A stretch of 63,752 bases of DNA, counting the filler, from Reclinomonas americana ATCC 50394 (taxonomy: Eukaryota): the NCBI GenBank assembly GCA_048213135.1. It is 13 parts of 7 records of this genome, joined end to end, with 100 filler letters (N's around TTAATTAATTAA, not from the genome) between each part and the next. Parts side by side here need not be neighbours in the genome. Positions count along the whole stretch, not along the records: positions 53,273 to 56,604 come from PS015804.1; positions 56,705 to 59,488 come from PS015805.1; positions 59,589 to 61,819 come from PS015806.1; positions 61,920 to 63,752 come from PS015808.1; 9 more parts are not named here. One strand, 5' to 3'. The number at the start of each line of letters is the position of its first letter. Positions within the stretch are counted from its first letter, which is position 1. Shown piece after piece: positions 53,371-63,752 of the stretch. The notes beneath the pieces were generated by a model. It ran no database searches and was not told the DNA's origin. It was given only the letters and a program-made list of their open reading frames with translations. The translations under genes and the position numbers were made by a program.

Positions 53371-56300
53371 GTGGATGTGAGCGGGCTCTCTCGGGCAATC
53401 GACTCTGTGGCCGCTGGTCAGGCGTCGGCCGAGTCGCACTTGGCGGCGGCGGAGTCGTCGTCGGGTGCGATTCATGCGGATGAGGCCGCGCATCAGCAGC
53501 GCACGAATGCGTTGGAGCAGGGTGAGTGAGGGAGGGAGAGAAGGAGAGAAAGAGATGGGGGAGACAGACAGAGAGCGAGAGAGAGAGAGAGAGAAAGAAA
53601 GAAAGAAGGGAGGCAATGAGAAGACAGTGGAGTGAGAGAAGGGAGAAATGCAAAGAGAAGAGAAGGGAGAAAGAGCGATGAAAGATTGAGAAATACAGTG
53701 AGAAGACGACAGAGAGAAAGATTGGGGAGACAGACAGAGAGCGAGAGAACGTAATGAGCAATGGAAGACAGAGGGAGACATGCAGTCAGACAAGCAGACA
53801 GAGAGAGAAGACCTGTCGTGCATCACTCGTCTCGGAGAAATCGGAGGTCGTTTCTCACTCTGTCTCTCTTCTCTCTGTGCGTGCGTTCTGTGCCGTTCTC
53901 TCTCGCACTGTGCATGTCTTTCGTCTTCGCTGTGGGGGCGGGTGATGCAGTGCTGCTGGGCGGAGTTTAACGCGTTTCTGTTGGGTTTCCGTGCATGAGC
54001 TTTCTTCAGTCTGTCTGGTGAGATTGCTTATGGTGGTTTTGTTGCTCTTCTGTATCTGCAGGGTCGTCTGCCACTCTGTGCCTTCTTTATTACTTCTCCG
54101 TTTCTGAAATCATTCACTCGTCTGCTATGTTGTGCACTTTATTTGTGTTCCCATGCCTGTCTCGCTGGCAAGCGTTTCGTTTCCGAAAGGCATTTCAGAA
54201 GGCATCAAAACCGCTGGTCTCTCATCTCTTCCTGTATCTATATTGCTCTATTGTCTCAGAAACCGCCCTTTTCCTGCTTATCTTTCTCCTCTCTGCCGAG
54301 TACTCTGGGTCTTCATGGTTAAGAATGCGTTCCTCAAATCTTTGCTCTGCACCACTTGTCTCCACATGTGCCTTTCTGCTTTTGTCTCGTCTGTCTGTTC
54401 TCCTCCCTCTTCTCTTTATTTACCCACTCTGTCCCTTTCCCCGCTCCTCCACAGGCGTCGACTCCACTGCGCAGCACATCAGTGAGCAACTGGCGGCGGC
54501 GCTTGCCGACTGGGAGGCGCAAGTGGCGCGTGCTCGTGAAGAGGCGCTGGCCGGAGCCTCGGGCTCCCCCTCTGTTGGCGTCGGAGATGGGTCGCTGTAC
54601 TGCGTGACGGGCGCCACTGGTTTTGTGGGTGCGTGTGGCTTGTGTCTTTGCCAGTGCACGCGTGCATGTGTTCCATATGCTCACGCGAGAGCTGCACGCA
54701 GCCGGGCACGTGATCAAGCTTGTTCTGCAACGCGGTGACCGAGTGCGAGGTTTGCGTGGCGCACGACGTTTTCTTCCACTTCTTGTCCGCAAATCGATAC
54801 TCACCTCTCACTTCGGCAGGCACCGTTCGCAGCCTGGCCAACGAGGCCCGCCTCGCTCACCTGCGCGCACTGCCGGGTGCCGACGAGCGCCTCGAGTTGG
54901 TGGAGGCTGATTTGCTGGCCGACGGTTGGTCACATGCCCCGCTCGTCTCGCTGATATCGCCACATCTCTCATGTATGTGTGTTGTGCATGTGAGCAGGCA
55001 GCTTTGATGCACCTCTCGACGGCGTTGCGTTTGTTTGTTCCTGTTTCTGAAGGCGTTCGCTGCCCGCTGACAATCCTGTGTTCTGCAGTGTGTTGGCGTG
55101 TACCACGTGGCATCTCCGTTCTTCTACGGCGCCACGGACCCGCAGAAGCAGCTGATTGAGCCCGCTGTGCAGGTTTTACTTGTTGCACAGATTTACCTCT
55201 CCACTCGCCCTCAACCCATCTCTCCCACAGGGAACACTGAATGTGCTGCGCTCCGCTATCAAGTACCCGGCGATCCGACGCGTGGTTCTGACGTCGTCTA
55301 TCGCTGCCATCACGAGTGCGTTGAGCAACAGCTGTGCACCGTACTGCTCATTGGCTGTTGCTCACTCACGTGCGTGTCGCAGACATGCAACCGTATCACA
55401 CGGAGGCCGACTGGAACACCAAGTCGACACTGGAGTCCTCGCCGTTTCGTAACTTATGCCATCATTCTCGATACTCTCTATCTGCACAAATTGTACTCTT
55501 CGATGATTGTGGGCTCACGCGTTCTGTTTTTGGATTATCACCCTCTCTCTTCTTGTTTGTTTATCACGTCGCCATCGCAATATCGTGCACTCTTCCGATC
55601 TTTGTGGCCACACCTTCAGACTTCTTATTCGTCTGATTGCATGCGCATTTCATTCCTTTTGTCACGCGCTGTGTGCTGGTCGTCGCGTGATCTTCCCATC
55701 TTTGTGGCCTTCGCACATCATTCTTGCATTTTTGATTTCTAGATCTCCCCTCTTCGCCATCATTTTGTTCCATCATCCTCCCCCTTCGCCCTCCCCCCTC
55801 TCACTCCTTTCCCTTTTCCCGTCCAGCTACGCCCTGAGCAAGCGCATGGCCGAGGAAGCCGCATGGAAATTCATGGAGGAGAACAAGCCGAGTTTTGTCC
55901 TCTCCGTCAACAACCCATCGATGATTATTGGCCCCGTGATGAGGTGCGTCCTTCTTCCCTGCCCTCCTCCTCCTCCTCCTCCTCCTTCACCGCGTCGCTC
56001 ACGGCTCCATCAGCGACGACACGAGCGTCGTCAACACCTCCTCGACTATGCTGCTGGCCTACCTCAAGGGCGACCATCCGCGCATCAAGAGCGCCTACAT
56101 GTCATATGTCGACGTGCGTGACGTGGCCCTGGCACACGTGCTGGCCATGCACCACGAGCCGGCCAGTGAGATTGCCTCGCGCTTCATTTGCACCATGGGC
56201 CCGCCGCTCACCGACCAAGAGCTGGTGGCGACCGCTCATGAGAGTTTCCCGCAGTTTGCACTGCCCACCGAGGTGGTGGACCAGGTGCGTTCAAGCATGC

Positions 56301-56500
56301 ACCATCTCTCTCTCTCTCTCCTATTCATGGCACTGACCTTTTTGTCTCCTCGCCGCTAGCCTCTTCCACTCCGCGCTGTGTTTGACAACCAGCGCATTCG
56401 CGACGTGCTGAAGGTCAACTTCATCGACTTCAAGACCTCGGTGCGCGACAGCATTGCTTCGTACATTGACAAGGGCCTGGTTTCCCTGCCCCCGGCCTGA
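53371..56500 (+). CDS. NAD(P)-dependent epimerase/dehydratase family reductase (DFR/CCR/Gre2-like extended SDR) with N-terminal helical extension; start not resolved
   Basis: YCVTGATGFVAGHVIKLVLQRGDRVRGTVRS, GCVGVYHVASPF, LIEPAVQGTLNVL, RVVLTSSIAA, YALSKRMAEEAAW and YVDVRDVALAHV. Stop TGA at 56498-56500. Confidence 0.92.
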
Positions 56501-57559
56501 GCGAGTTCTACACAGCCTGTTTGTTGTTTTTGTGTTTTTTACGATTCCAACAAGAGTGGGGAAAAAAGTACACACACATATGCAGTCATCCTCTTGCAGT
56601 GCCANNNNNNNNNNNNNNNNNNNNNNNNNNNNNNNNNNNNNNNNNNNNTTAATTAATTAANNNNNNNNNNNNNNNNNNNNNNNNNNNNNNNNNNNNNNNN
56701 NNNNCTGCTCGCCGCCTCTGCCACGTTTGTATCGTGTGCCGAGAACACGTTCCTGGACCATTGTTCCGTTTTTAATCCACTCAGGGTGTCCCCTTAACAC
56801 TGTCTGTGCGCCAAGCGCCTTCTTCTCTCTCCCATTCCCCCTCCCTCCCCCTCCTTCCCTCCCTCACCCTCTCTCCCTTCCCCTCCGCCCCTCACCCTCT
56901 CTCATTCCCTCTCCCCTCTCTCNNNNNNNNNNNNNNNNNNNNNNNNNNNNNNNNNNNNNNNNNNNNNNNNNNNNNNNNNNNNNNNNNNNNNNNNNNNNNN
57001 NNNNNNNNNNNNNNNNNNNNNNNNNNNNNNNNNNNNNNNNNNNNNNNNNNNNNNNNNNNNNNNNNNNNNNNNNNNNNNNNNNNNNNNNNNNNNNNNNNNN
57101 NNNNNNNNNNNNNNNNNNNNNNNNNNNNNNNNNNNNNNNNNNNNNNNNNNNNNNNNNNNNNNNNNNNNNNNNNNNNNNNNNNNNNNNNNNNNNNNNNNNN
57201 NNNNNNNNNNNNNNNNNNNNNNNNNNNNNNNNNNNNNNNNNNNNNNNNNNNNNNNNNNNNNNNNNNNNNNNNNNNNNNNNNNNNNNNNNNNNNNNNNNNN
57301 NNNNNNNNNNNNNNNNNNNNNNNNNNNNNNNNNNNNNNNNNNNNNNNNNNNNNNNNNNNNNNNNNNNNNNNNNNNNNNNNNNNNNNNNNNNNNNNNNNNN
57401 NNNNNNNNNNNNNNNNNNNNNNNNNNNNNNNNNNNNNNNNNNNNNNNNNNNNNNNNNNNNNNNNNNNNNNNNNNNNNNNNNNNNNNNNNNNNNNNNNNNN
57501 NNNNNNNNNNNNNNNNNNNNNNNNNNNNNNNAGCGTACGAATACAGCGATAACGTGAGT

Positions 57560-57844
57560 GAAAGAGAGAGGTCTATCGTCTCAATAGTGGCGGGAGTTGA
57601 CGGGAGTGAACACGAAAGCTCTGCCGCAGAGAGACAGAGAGAGAAAGAGAGAGAGAATACAGAGACGACGTGAGAGGGAGAGGGAGGTCTCGTCAAAGAG
57701 TGCGGGACTCGGCACAGAGTGGAGAGAAGGAACACAAAAAGCTTTGCCCTGAGCGAGCGAATACAGCGACGACATGAGTGGAAGAGAGTGTCTATCGTCG
57801 CAAGAGTGGTGTGAGTTGACGGGAGTGAACACGAAAGCTCTGCC

Positions 57845-57886
<42 letters not shown>

Positions 57887-57900
57887 CGCCGACGAGAGTG
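57560..57900. repeat. Direct duplication (~240-bp spacing) in an IFT57 intron
   Basis: gagttgacgggagtgaacacgaaagctctgccgcagagaga occurs at ~57594 and ~57813. Confidence 0.7.
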
Positions 57901-58269
57901 GGAGAGGGAGCTCTCATGTCAAATTGCGGGAGGTGGCGAGAATGCACGAAAGACACCACCGCAGTCGAGGAATACGACAACGAGAGAGGAAGAGACAGGA
58001 CTCGTGCCAGAATTGCGGGAGACGGCAAGAATGAATACACGAAAGCACTGCTGCGACAGTGGCAACAACGCCGAATAGTGGTCGGTGAAAGCACATGGAA
58101 GAGTGATGAGAATGCATGTGAAACCCGTCGAGGCGCACAACAGCAAACAGACTCAGAAGACATAAGCAACTTAACAGAGTAGTGGCAGGATAACAAGAGC
58201 AAAGTTAGCAGCACGACAGAGAAGAAGGAACAGGGGTGGTTGCACAAGACTACAGTGACGCATGCCACC

Positions 58270-59368
58270 CTCCCTTCTCCTCCACGTTACCTCTCGGAAG
58301 TTCTTGATCTGATCAATGTGCGCCCGCCAGTCCTTGGGGTCGAGTGCCACACGCAGCGTCAGCTGCGGTACCGCGTGCTCCAACTCCAATTGCCAGCCCT
58401 CAGCGGTCATTCCGGCAATACCGGCGGCGCCAGCGGGTACGGACGACGCACCAGCACCGGTTCCCGACGGCCCTACGCCACTGCCGTCCCCTGCACCGCC
58501 AATGCCCATCACTTTTGCCGCGCCCGCTCCCTTTTTCTTGTTGGCTCCCACGCCCGAACTGCTGGCACCGCCACCGCTGACGCCGCCCACATAGTAACTC
58601 ATGTCCTCGCCGTCGTCGGAGCTGCTCTCCACATCGTCAGCGATCTCGTTGCCGTATTGCCCGTCGGCCGAGTCCTCCACCTCATCCTCGGGCGCCACCT
58701 CGTCCTCGGCAATCGGATCGTCCTCCGGGTGCGGGTAGATCGGGCTCTCGAACGGAATGGGGATCTTGCGGAAGATGAGGTCGCACAGGTTGTTCAGCAC
58801 GGCGCACACCTCCGGTCCGTTGCCGTTGCGCATTTTTTGGTTGGGGAAGTCGGGTGACCAGCCGATTTCGCGGAGCTCGTTGTCTGGGCAGGGGGGGAGG
58901 GTGAGAAGGGGGAATCAGGGCAAAGGAGGACAGGAGGAAAGAGTTGCGTGTGCATAAGCTATCCGAGCTTGTCGACATTCCAAGACGAAGCAACTCTGAG
59001 ATTGGCGTGATGTGGCAATCCCCATTCCTCGATCCCTCCCCTCTCCCACTTCCACGCCCATGTACGCAACAGATTCGAGCGCACACGTCGCTCGCAGTCT
59101 CCAACTGATCGGGCAAGTCATACGGTCGCTCCGCCAGCTGGAAGAGCCACGCTGTCAGCGTGGCAAAGTGTGAAAATTGCTCCTGCGGTTTGGGCGACGG
59201 CATGGCAAAGTAGGTGCGCGCAAACGCCTTGATGCCACTGTGCACAGTCGCGCGTGAGTGACAGAGAGAGAGAGAGAAGATGGAGAAGGAGAGTGTGGTA
59301 CGCAACAATCGCTTGCAGAATTCCTGCTCGTAGCCGAGGATCTTGAGCTTCTCCAGCACGAGCTCCAT
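58270..59368 (-). CDS. IFT57: Intraflagellar transport protein 57 (partial; probable first exon near 59900-59963, 3' exons lost in gaps)
   Basis: MELVLEKLKILGYEQEFC, RTYFAMPSPKPQEQFSHFATLTAWL, DFPNQKMRNGNGPEVCAVLNNLCD and WQLELEHAVPQL..DPKDWRAHIDQ. Confidence 0.92.
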
Positions 59369-59592
59369 GGTGTTGAAGGGTGTTACATCGGGCTGTGGGA
59401 AGGGAGAGAGGAAGTGAGAAAAAGGGAGAAGAGGAAGGAGAAAGAGCTGAAGAAGATGGATAGAGAGAGAGAGAGAGATAGAGTGCGTNNNNNNNNNNNN
59501 NNNNNNNNNNNNNNNNNNNNNNNNNNNNNNNNTTAATTAATTAANNNNNNNNNNNNNNNNNNNNNNNNNNNNNNNNNNNNNNNNNNNNACTA

Positions 59593-59674
<82 letters not shown>

Positions 59675-60956
59675 CTCTCTCTCTCTTCTCTCCCACTCTG
59701 TGTTCGCGTCATTCTCACCCGTGCCTCTTCCTCTCTTCCCTGTCTCTCTCTCACACACTCTCTCTCCCTCCCTCTTCCCCTCCTCACCTCTCCCTCCTCT
59801 CTCTCTCTCTCCCTCACACACACTCTCACACACACTCAACACCCAACGATCGATCACACAAACAGGCAGTTACACTCTCACTCACCTCAAACACAAACTC
59901 GCCCACCACAGCCGCCGACAACCCTCCATGCCCACCTCCACCTCCACCTCCTCGTCGACTCATATCACACACAGAGGAAAAGACGCACACACAGAGAGAT
60001 AAAGAGAAAACCGTTGAGAAAACCGTTGCTCGCAGAAAAAGCGCGCGAAAAATAAACACACGCGCAGGCGACACACACGCGCAAGCAGTCGACTCGTCCT
60101 GCGCACGCACATCTCATTCATGCAACAAGCGCAACGCAGGCGATCACTGCGCGTGTGCGGTCGACATGTGTTCGATATGTTCGATTTCTTTGTGAGAGTG
60201 TTTCTGTGAACGAGTGAGCGATGCGTGCGTCGCGTGCAGACACGTGCGTTGGTGTCGACTGCGTATATTGCATGAGAAGAACGACGACGTCGACACAGCT
60301 GCACGAGAAAACCGTTGAAAAAGCCGTTGCGCATGAAAAACGCGCGAAATATCGCACAGGAAGCGATAATCGACGCGCGTAATCGCACACATACACAGAG
60401 GCGATCTGCTCTACACACCAGCACCAAGCACAGGCGATTNNNNNNNNNNNNNNNNNNNNNNNNNNNNNNNNNNNNNNNNNNNNNNNNNNNNNNNNNNNNN
60501 NNNNNNAGAGAGGGAGAGGGAGAGAAAGAGAGAAGAGACGGCTCACATGTGTGATCGTTGACTGATGATCTCGCCTCTCTCTCTTTCACACACACACACG
60601 CGCACACTCTCACACACTCTCATTCACAGAGAGAGAGAGAATCACAGTGTGTTATCGTTGACCGAGGGTGATCTCTGACTCCCTCAGGGCGATCACTTTC
60701 TTTCACTCTTCCTCACTCACTCGCTCCCCTTCCTCCTCAGTTCTTGCTTCCCTCCCTTGCTTCTCATTCTTTCTCACACTCGTTATTCTTATTGTCTCAC
60801 TCTTCATCGCTCGCTTGCTCTTGCTGCCCTCTCCCTTCCTCACTTCTTATATCTCTCTCACGCTGTTCCCCGCTCGCTCCCGTCCTTCTTCCCTTCTCGC
60901 CCTCACCTCCTCTGCCTCCTCCCTCATCCCTCTCATCTCTGACTGCTTCTCGACAG

Positions 60957-61562
60957 GGGCGTCGGCAAGTCGTGTCTTGTGTGGCGACTGCGCGACAATA
61001 TCTTCCTGCAGAACGCGCAACCATCCACGCGCGGTGAGTTAATCACAGTCTGTGACGCTCTTCCAAAGAGGCACTCACCAGCGTGTGCGCACACAGTGAA
61101 CCTCACGTACAAGCACATCAAGGCCTCGGCCGATTTCCACGTCCACACGCAGGTTCTTTGCCATACACGCCTTCCTTCGCATCGCTCTTCTCAATCTCCC
61201 TCCCCTCTGAGCAGATCTGGGACCTGCCTGGCGAGGAGGGCGTCGACCTGACGCACCTGACCATGGCCAACGTGCACGCGGTGATTCTCATGTTTGACGT
61301 GACGGATCGCGCCTCGTTTGAGTCGCTCTTCTTGTGGCACAAGCACGTATGTCGGCATTACCCGGCCGAGGACAATCCAGCGCAGACCTCCATCCCGTTG
61401 CTGCTGCTGGGCAACAAGGTGAGATCGCTTGGGGAAAAAGTGATTGTCTCGTCTGCCAGCTGAACCACTCGCGATGATCAGTGTGAGGTTCCACAAAGCA
61501 GGTGGGCCATGACGGAGGAGGAGATCACGGGATTCGCACAACAACTCAACGTGTACGAATGG
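60957..61562 (+). CDS. Divergent Rab-like small GTPase (partial, 4 visible exons)
   Basis: GVGKSCLV (G1), QIWDLPGE (G3), AVILMFDVTDRASFESL and IPLLLLGNKCE (G4). Confidence 0.8.
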
Positions 61563-61783
61563 TGCGCACGGTGATGAGTTCCCCACCTTCTGTTTTGTGT
61601 TAGTGTCACGTTAACTATCATTGTCATCTCCACTCTCCTGTGTCCTCTTCCTTCTTTCCCTCTTCCCTCTCACCCCTTGCCTTGCCCTCATCAACTACCT
61701 TGTGCTGATCCTTTTTCTGTGCCTCTCTCCCCTCCCTTCCCCTTCCTCATTGCTCTTCTCGCTCTTCTTCATTCTATCTGCTC

Positions 61784-61819
<36 letters not shown>

Positions 61820-62098
61820 NNNNNNNNNNNNNNNNNNNNNNNNNNNNNNNNNNNNNNNNNNNNTTAATTAATTAANNNNNNNNNNNNNNNNNNNNNNNNN
61901 NNNNNNNNNNNNNNNNNNNAGAGAGAGAGAGAGACCGAGAGAAGCAGCGAATCAACTTGATGCAAGTGGGGAGATGCAGATAGGAAACATGGATGTGAGC
62001 CATGAAAGACAGCAGCCGACATAAACAAGACAGCTGCTCACTCGCAGTTGCAACAAAAGACGAGCAGCACGGTTCCAGATCGCTCGCAAAACCACATA

Positions 62099-63630
62099 CC
62101 GGCTCGCGCTCTCGGGTACGATCGACCGTGTGTGTTGTCTCCGGACCCAGCACCAGGTACTTTTCCTTGTGCTGTCGCACGTGCACATGTGTGAGCACGG
62201 AACGACATCGATCAGAGATCCTACTGCTCACACACCAGCAGAATGTGCGCTGTCAGGCGGTCAATCATGGCCACGAGATTCTTGCGCAGGCGGTGAGCCT
62301 GGCGCTCCAGCGTGCACAGCAGTGGCACCGAGTGCGGCTTGAAGCGGAATGCACTGCGCCAGATGGGCTCACGTGGACCCTCGTCCTTTTCGCGACGACC
62401 CGAGCGGCTGTGCGAAGGAGACAAAAGTGATTGAGAAGGAATAAGTGGCGAGTGACAAAGCACCGACAAAGAAAAAACGCACCGCACGCCACTCGGTCCC
62501 TCATTCGCATCGTCACCCTCACTGCGATGCGTCGGCTCGCGACTGCTGTCACCACCGGCGCCATCGGAGCGTGGCGACCGATGCTCTCCATCCTCCCCGT
62601 CGTGCTCCTCGTCATCGTCGAGGCCCGCATCGTCGTCCTCCTCGTCGTCGTCGTCCATCAGCGACTCCGGGTCGACCTGCACCAAATAGTGCTCCTCCAT
62701 GATTTCGTGCTTCTCCACCGACAGGCGCTGAATCGTGCTCTCCAGGTCGCCGACGGTCTCCACCAGCCACTCGCAGTCGTTCAGCACACTCTCCGGCTTG
62801 GTGACCTTGAGCTGCGACGACACCTCGTCCCACTTGGTGACAAAGGCGTTGACGGCGATCACGTTCTCCGAGTCGGGAACGCGGTCGCAGGTGAAGTGGC
62901 GGTCGTCCTGGGTAAAGGGAGAAGGATACGGAGGAAAGGGGAGGGGTGAGAGAGAGATGAGAGAAGACGGGCGTGTGCTGGCAGTGGAAGATAAGCGCGG
63001 ATGTATGACGAAGAGATGAACACACTACGCTTAGACGACGGGATACGGAAATCGAAAGCAGGCGACAAGGAGATCGAGGATGCGATGTGAGAAGACGAGA
63101 CATGCATGCTACAGAGTGAAAAACAAGGGTAGAAGCAGGTGAGAAGGAGATAAAGAAACGAGAATCGTGAACAAGTGACGAGGAAAAAGCAAGCGAGCGA
63201 TTCAAGAAGTGAGCAAGGAATGATGGAAGCGGTGGGATGGATGCTGCTAGCGAAAGAGAAAGCTCATCGTAACCGAGCAATCGCAGATGAGATGATGGAG
63301 AAAGGAAACACGATAGAGGTGATGCGCAGGGCAACCAGGAAACAAGCCAAGCAGAAGAGGGATGTATGCAACAGCGCAAGTGACGATGAGGCAACAACGA
63401 AGATAGCAGCGTGCAACGGGCCAGTAAACAATACAAAAGACGACGAAGGAACTGAAGGAAGGAGCCACCTGCTTGCGTGTCACACACACCTCTCGACGCA
63501 TCGCCATCTCCCGTCGCGCACGGCTGAGCCAGTACTGTCGCTCAACCAACTGCTCCTCGTAGTCAAGGCATTCCTTGTTGATGCGCTCGAGCTCTTCCGC
63601 GCGCTTCTCGGCCTCGGCGGCGAGACGGGC
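62099..63630 (-). CDS. Probable axonemal dynein intermediate chain DNAI7/CASC1 (IC97-like), N-terminal part
   Basis: Charged coiled coil ARLAAEAEKRAEELER, then HFTCDRVPDSENVIAVNAFVTKW, VLNDCEW and MIDRLTAHILL, resembling the CASC1 N-terminal domain as I recall it. Confidence 0.5.
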
Positions 63631-63666
63631 TGTGAAGTAGAGGCGAAAAGGGAAAGGGAGGAAGCA

Positions 63667-63752
<86 letters not shown>

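Overview
Gappy scaffold of an intron-rich eukaryotic nuclear genome, probably a flagellated protist (IFT57, a probable DNAI7/CASC1 and a TSET-complex TTRAY subunit are present). About 16 spliced protein-coding genes are packed closely together among microsatellites and N-gaps. The six-frame ORF track mostly reports exon fragments and repeat noise, so gene models were rebuilt by hand from splice signals and reading frame. Two features stand out. (1) A minus-strand RING/TRAF-zinc-finger/coiled-coil gene (47620-52814) whose C-terminal Cys/His domain is interrupted by 35 consecutive phase-0 micro-exons, 29 of them exactly one codon (3 nt), separated by 36 mutually dissimilar 57-96 nt introns. This region is invisible in the ORF track. 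(2) A large second class of 5' splice sites shifted by one base (GTTGCGT/GTTGAGT/GTTTCGT, nearly always after a non-G exon end) used across most genes. No rRNA, tRNA, CRISPR or transposase was recognised. All models are sequence-only and lack transcript support.
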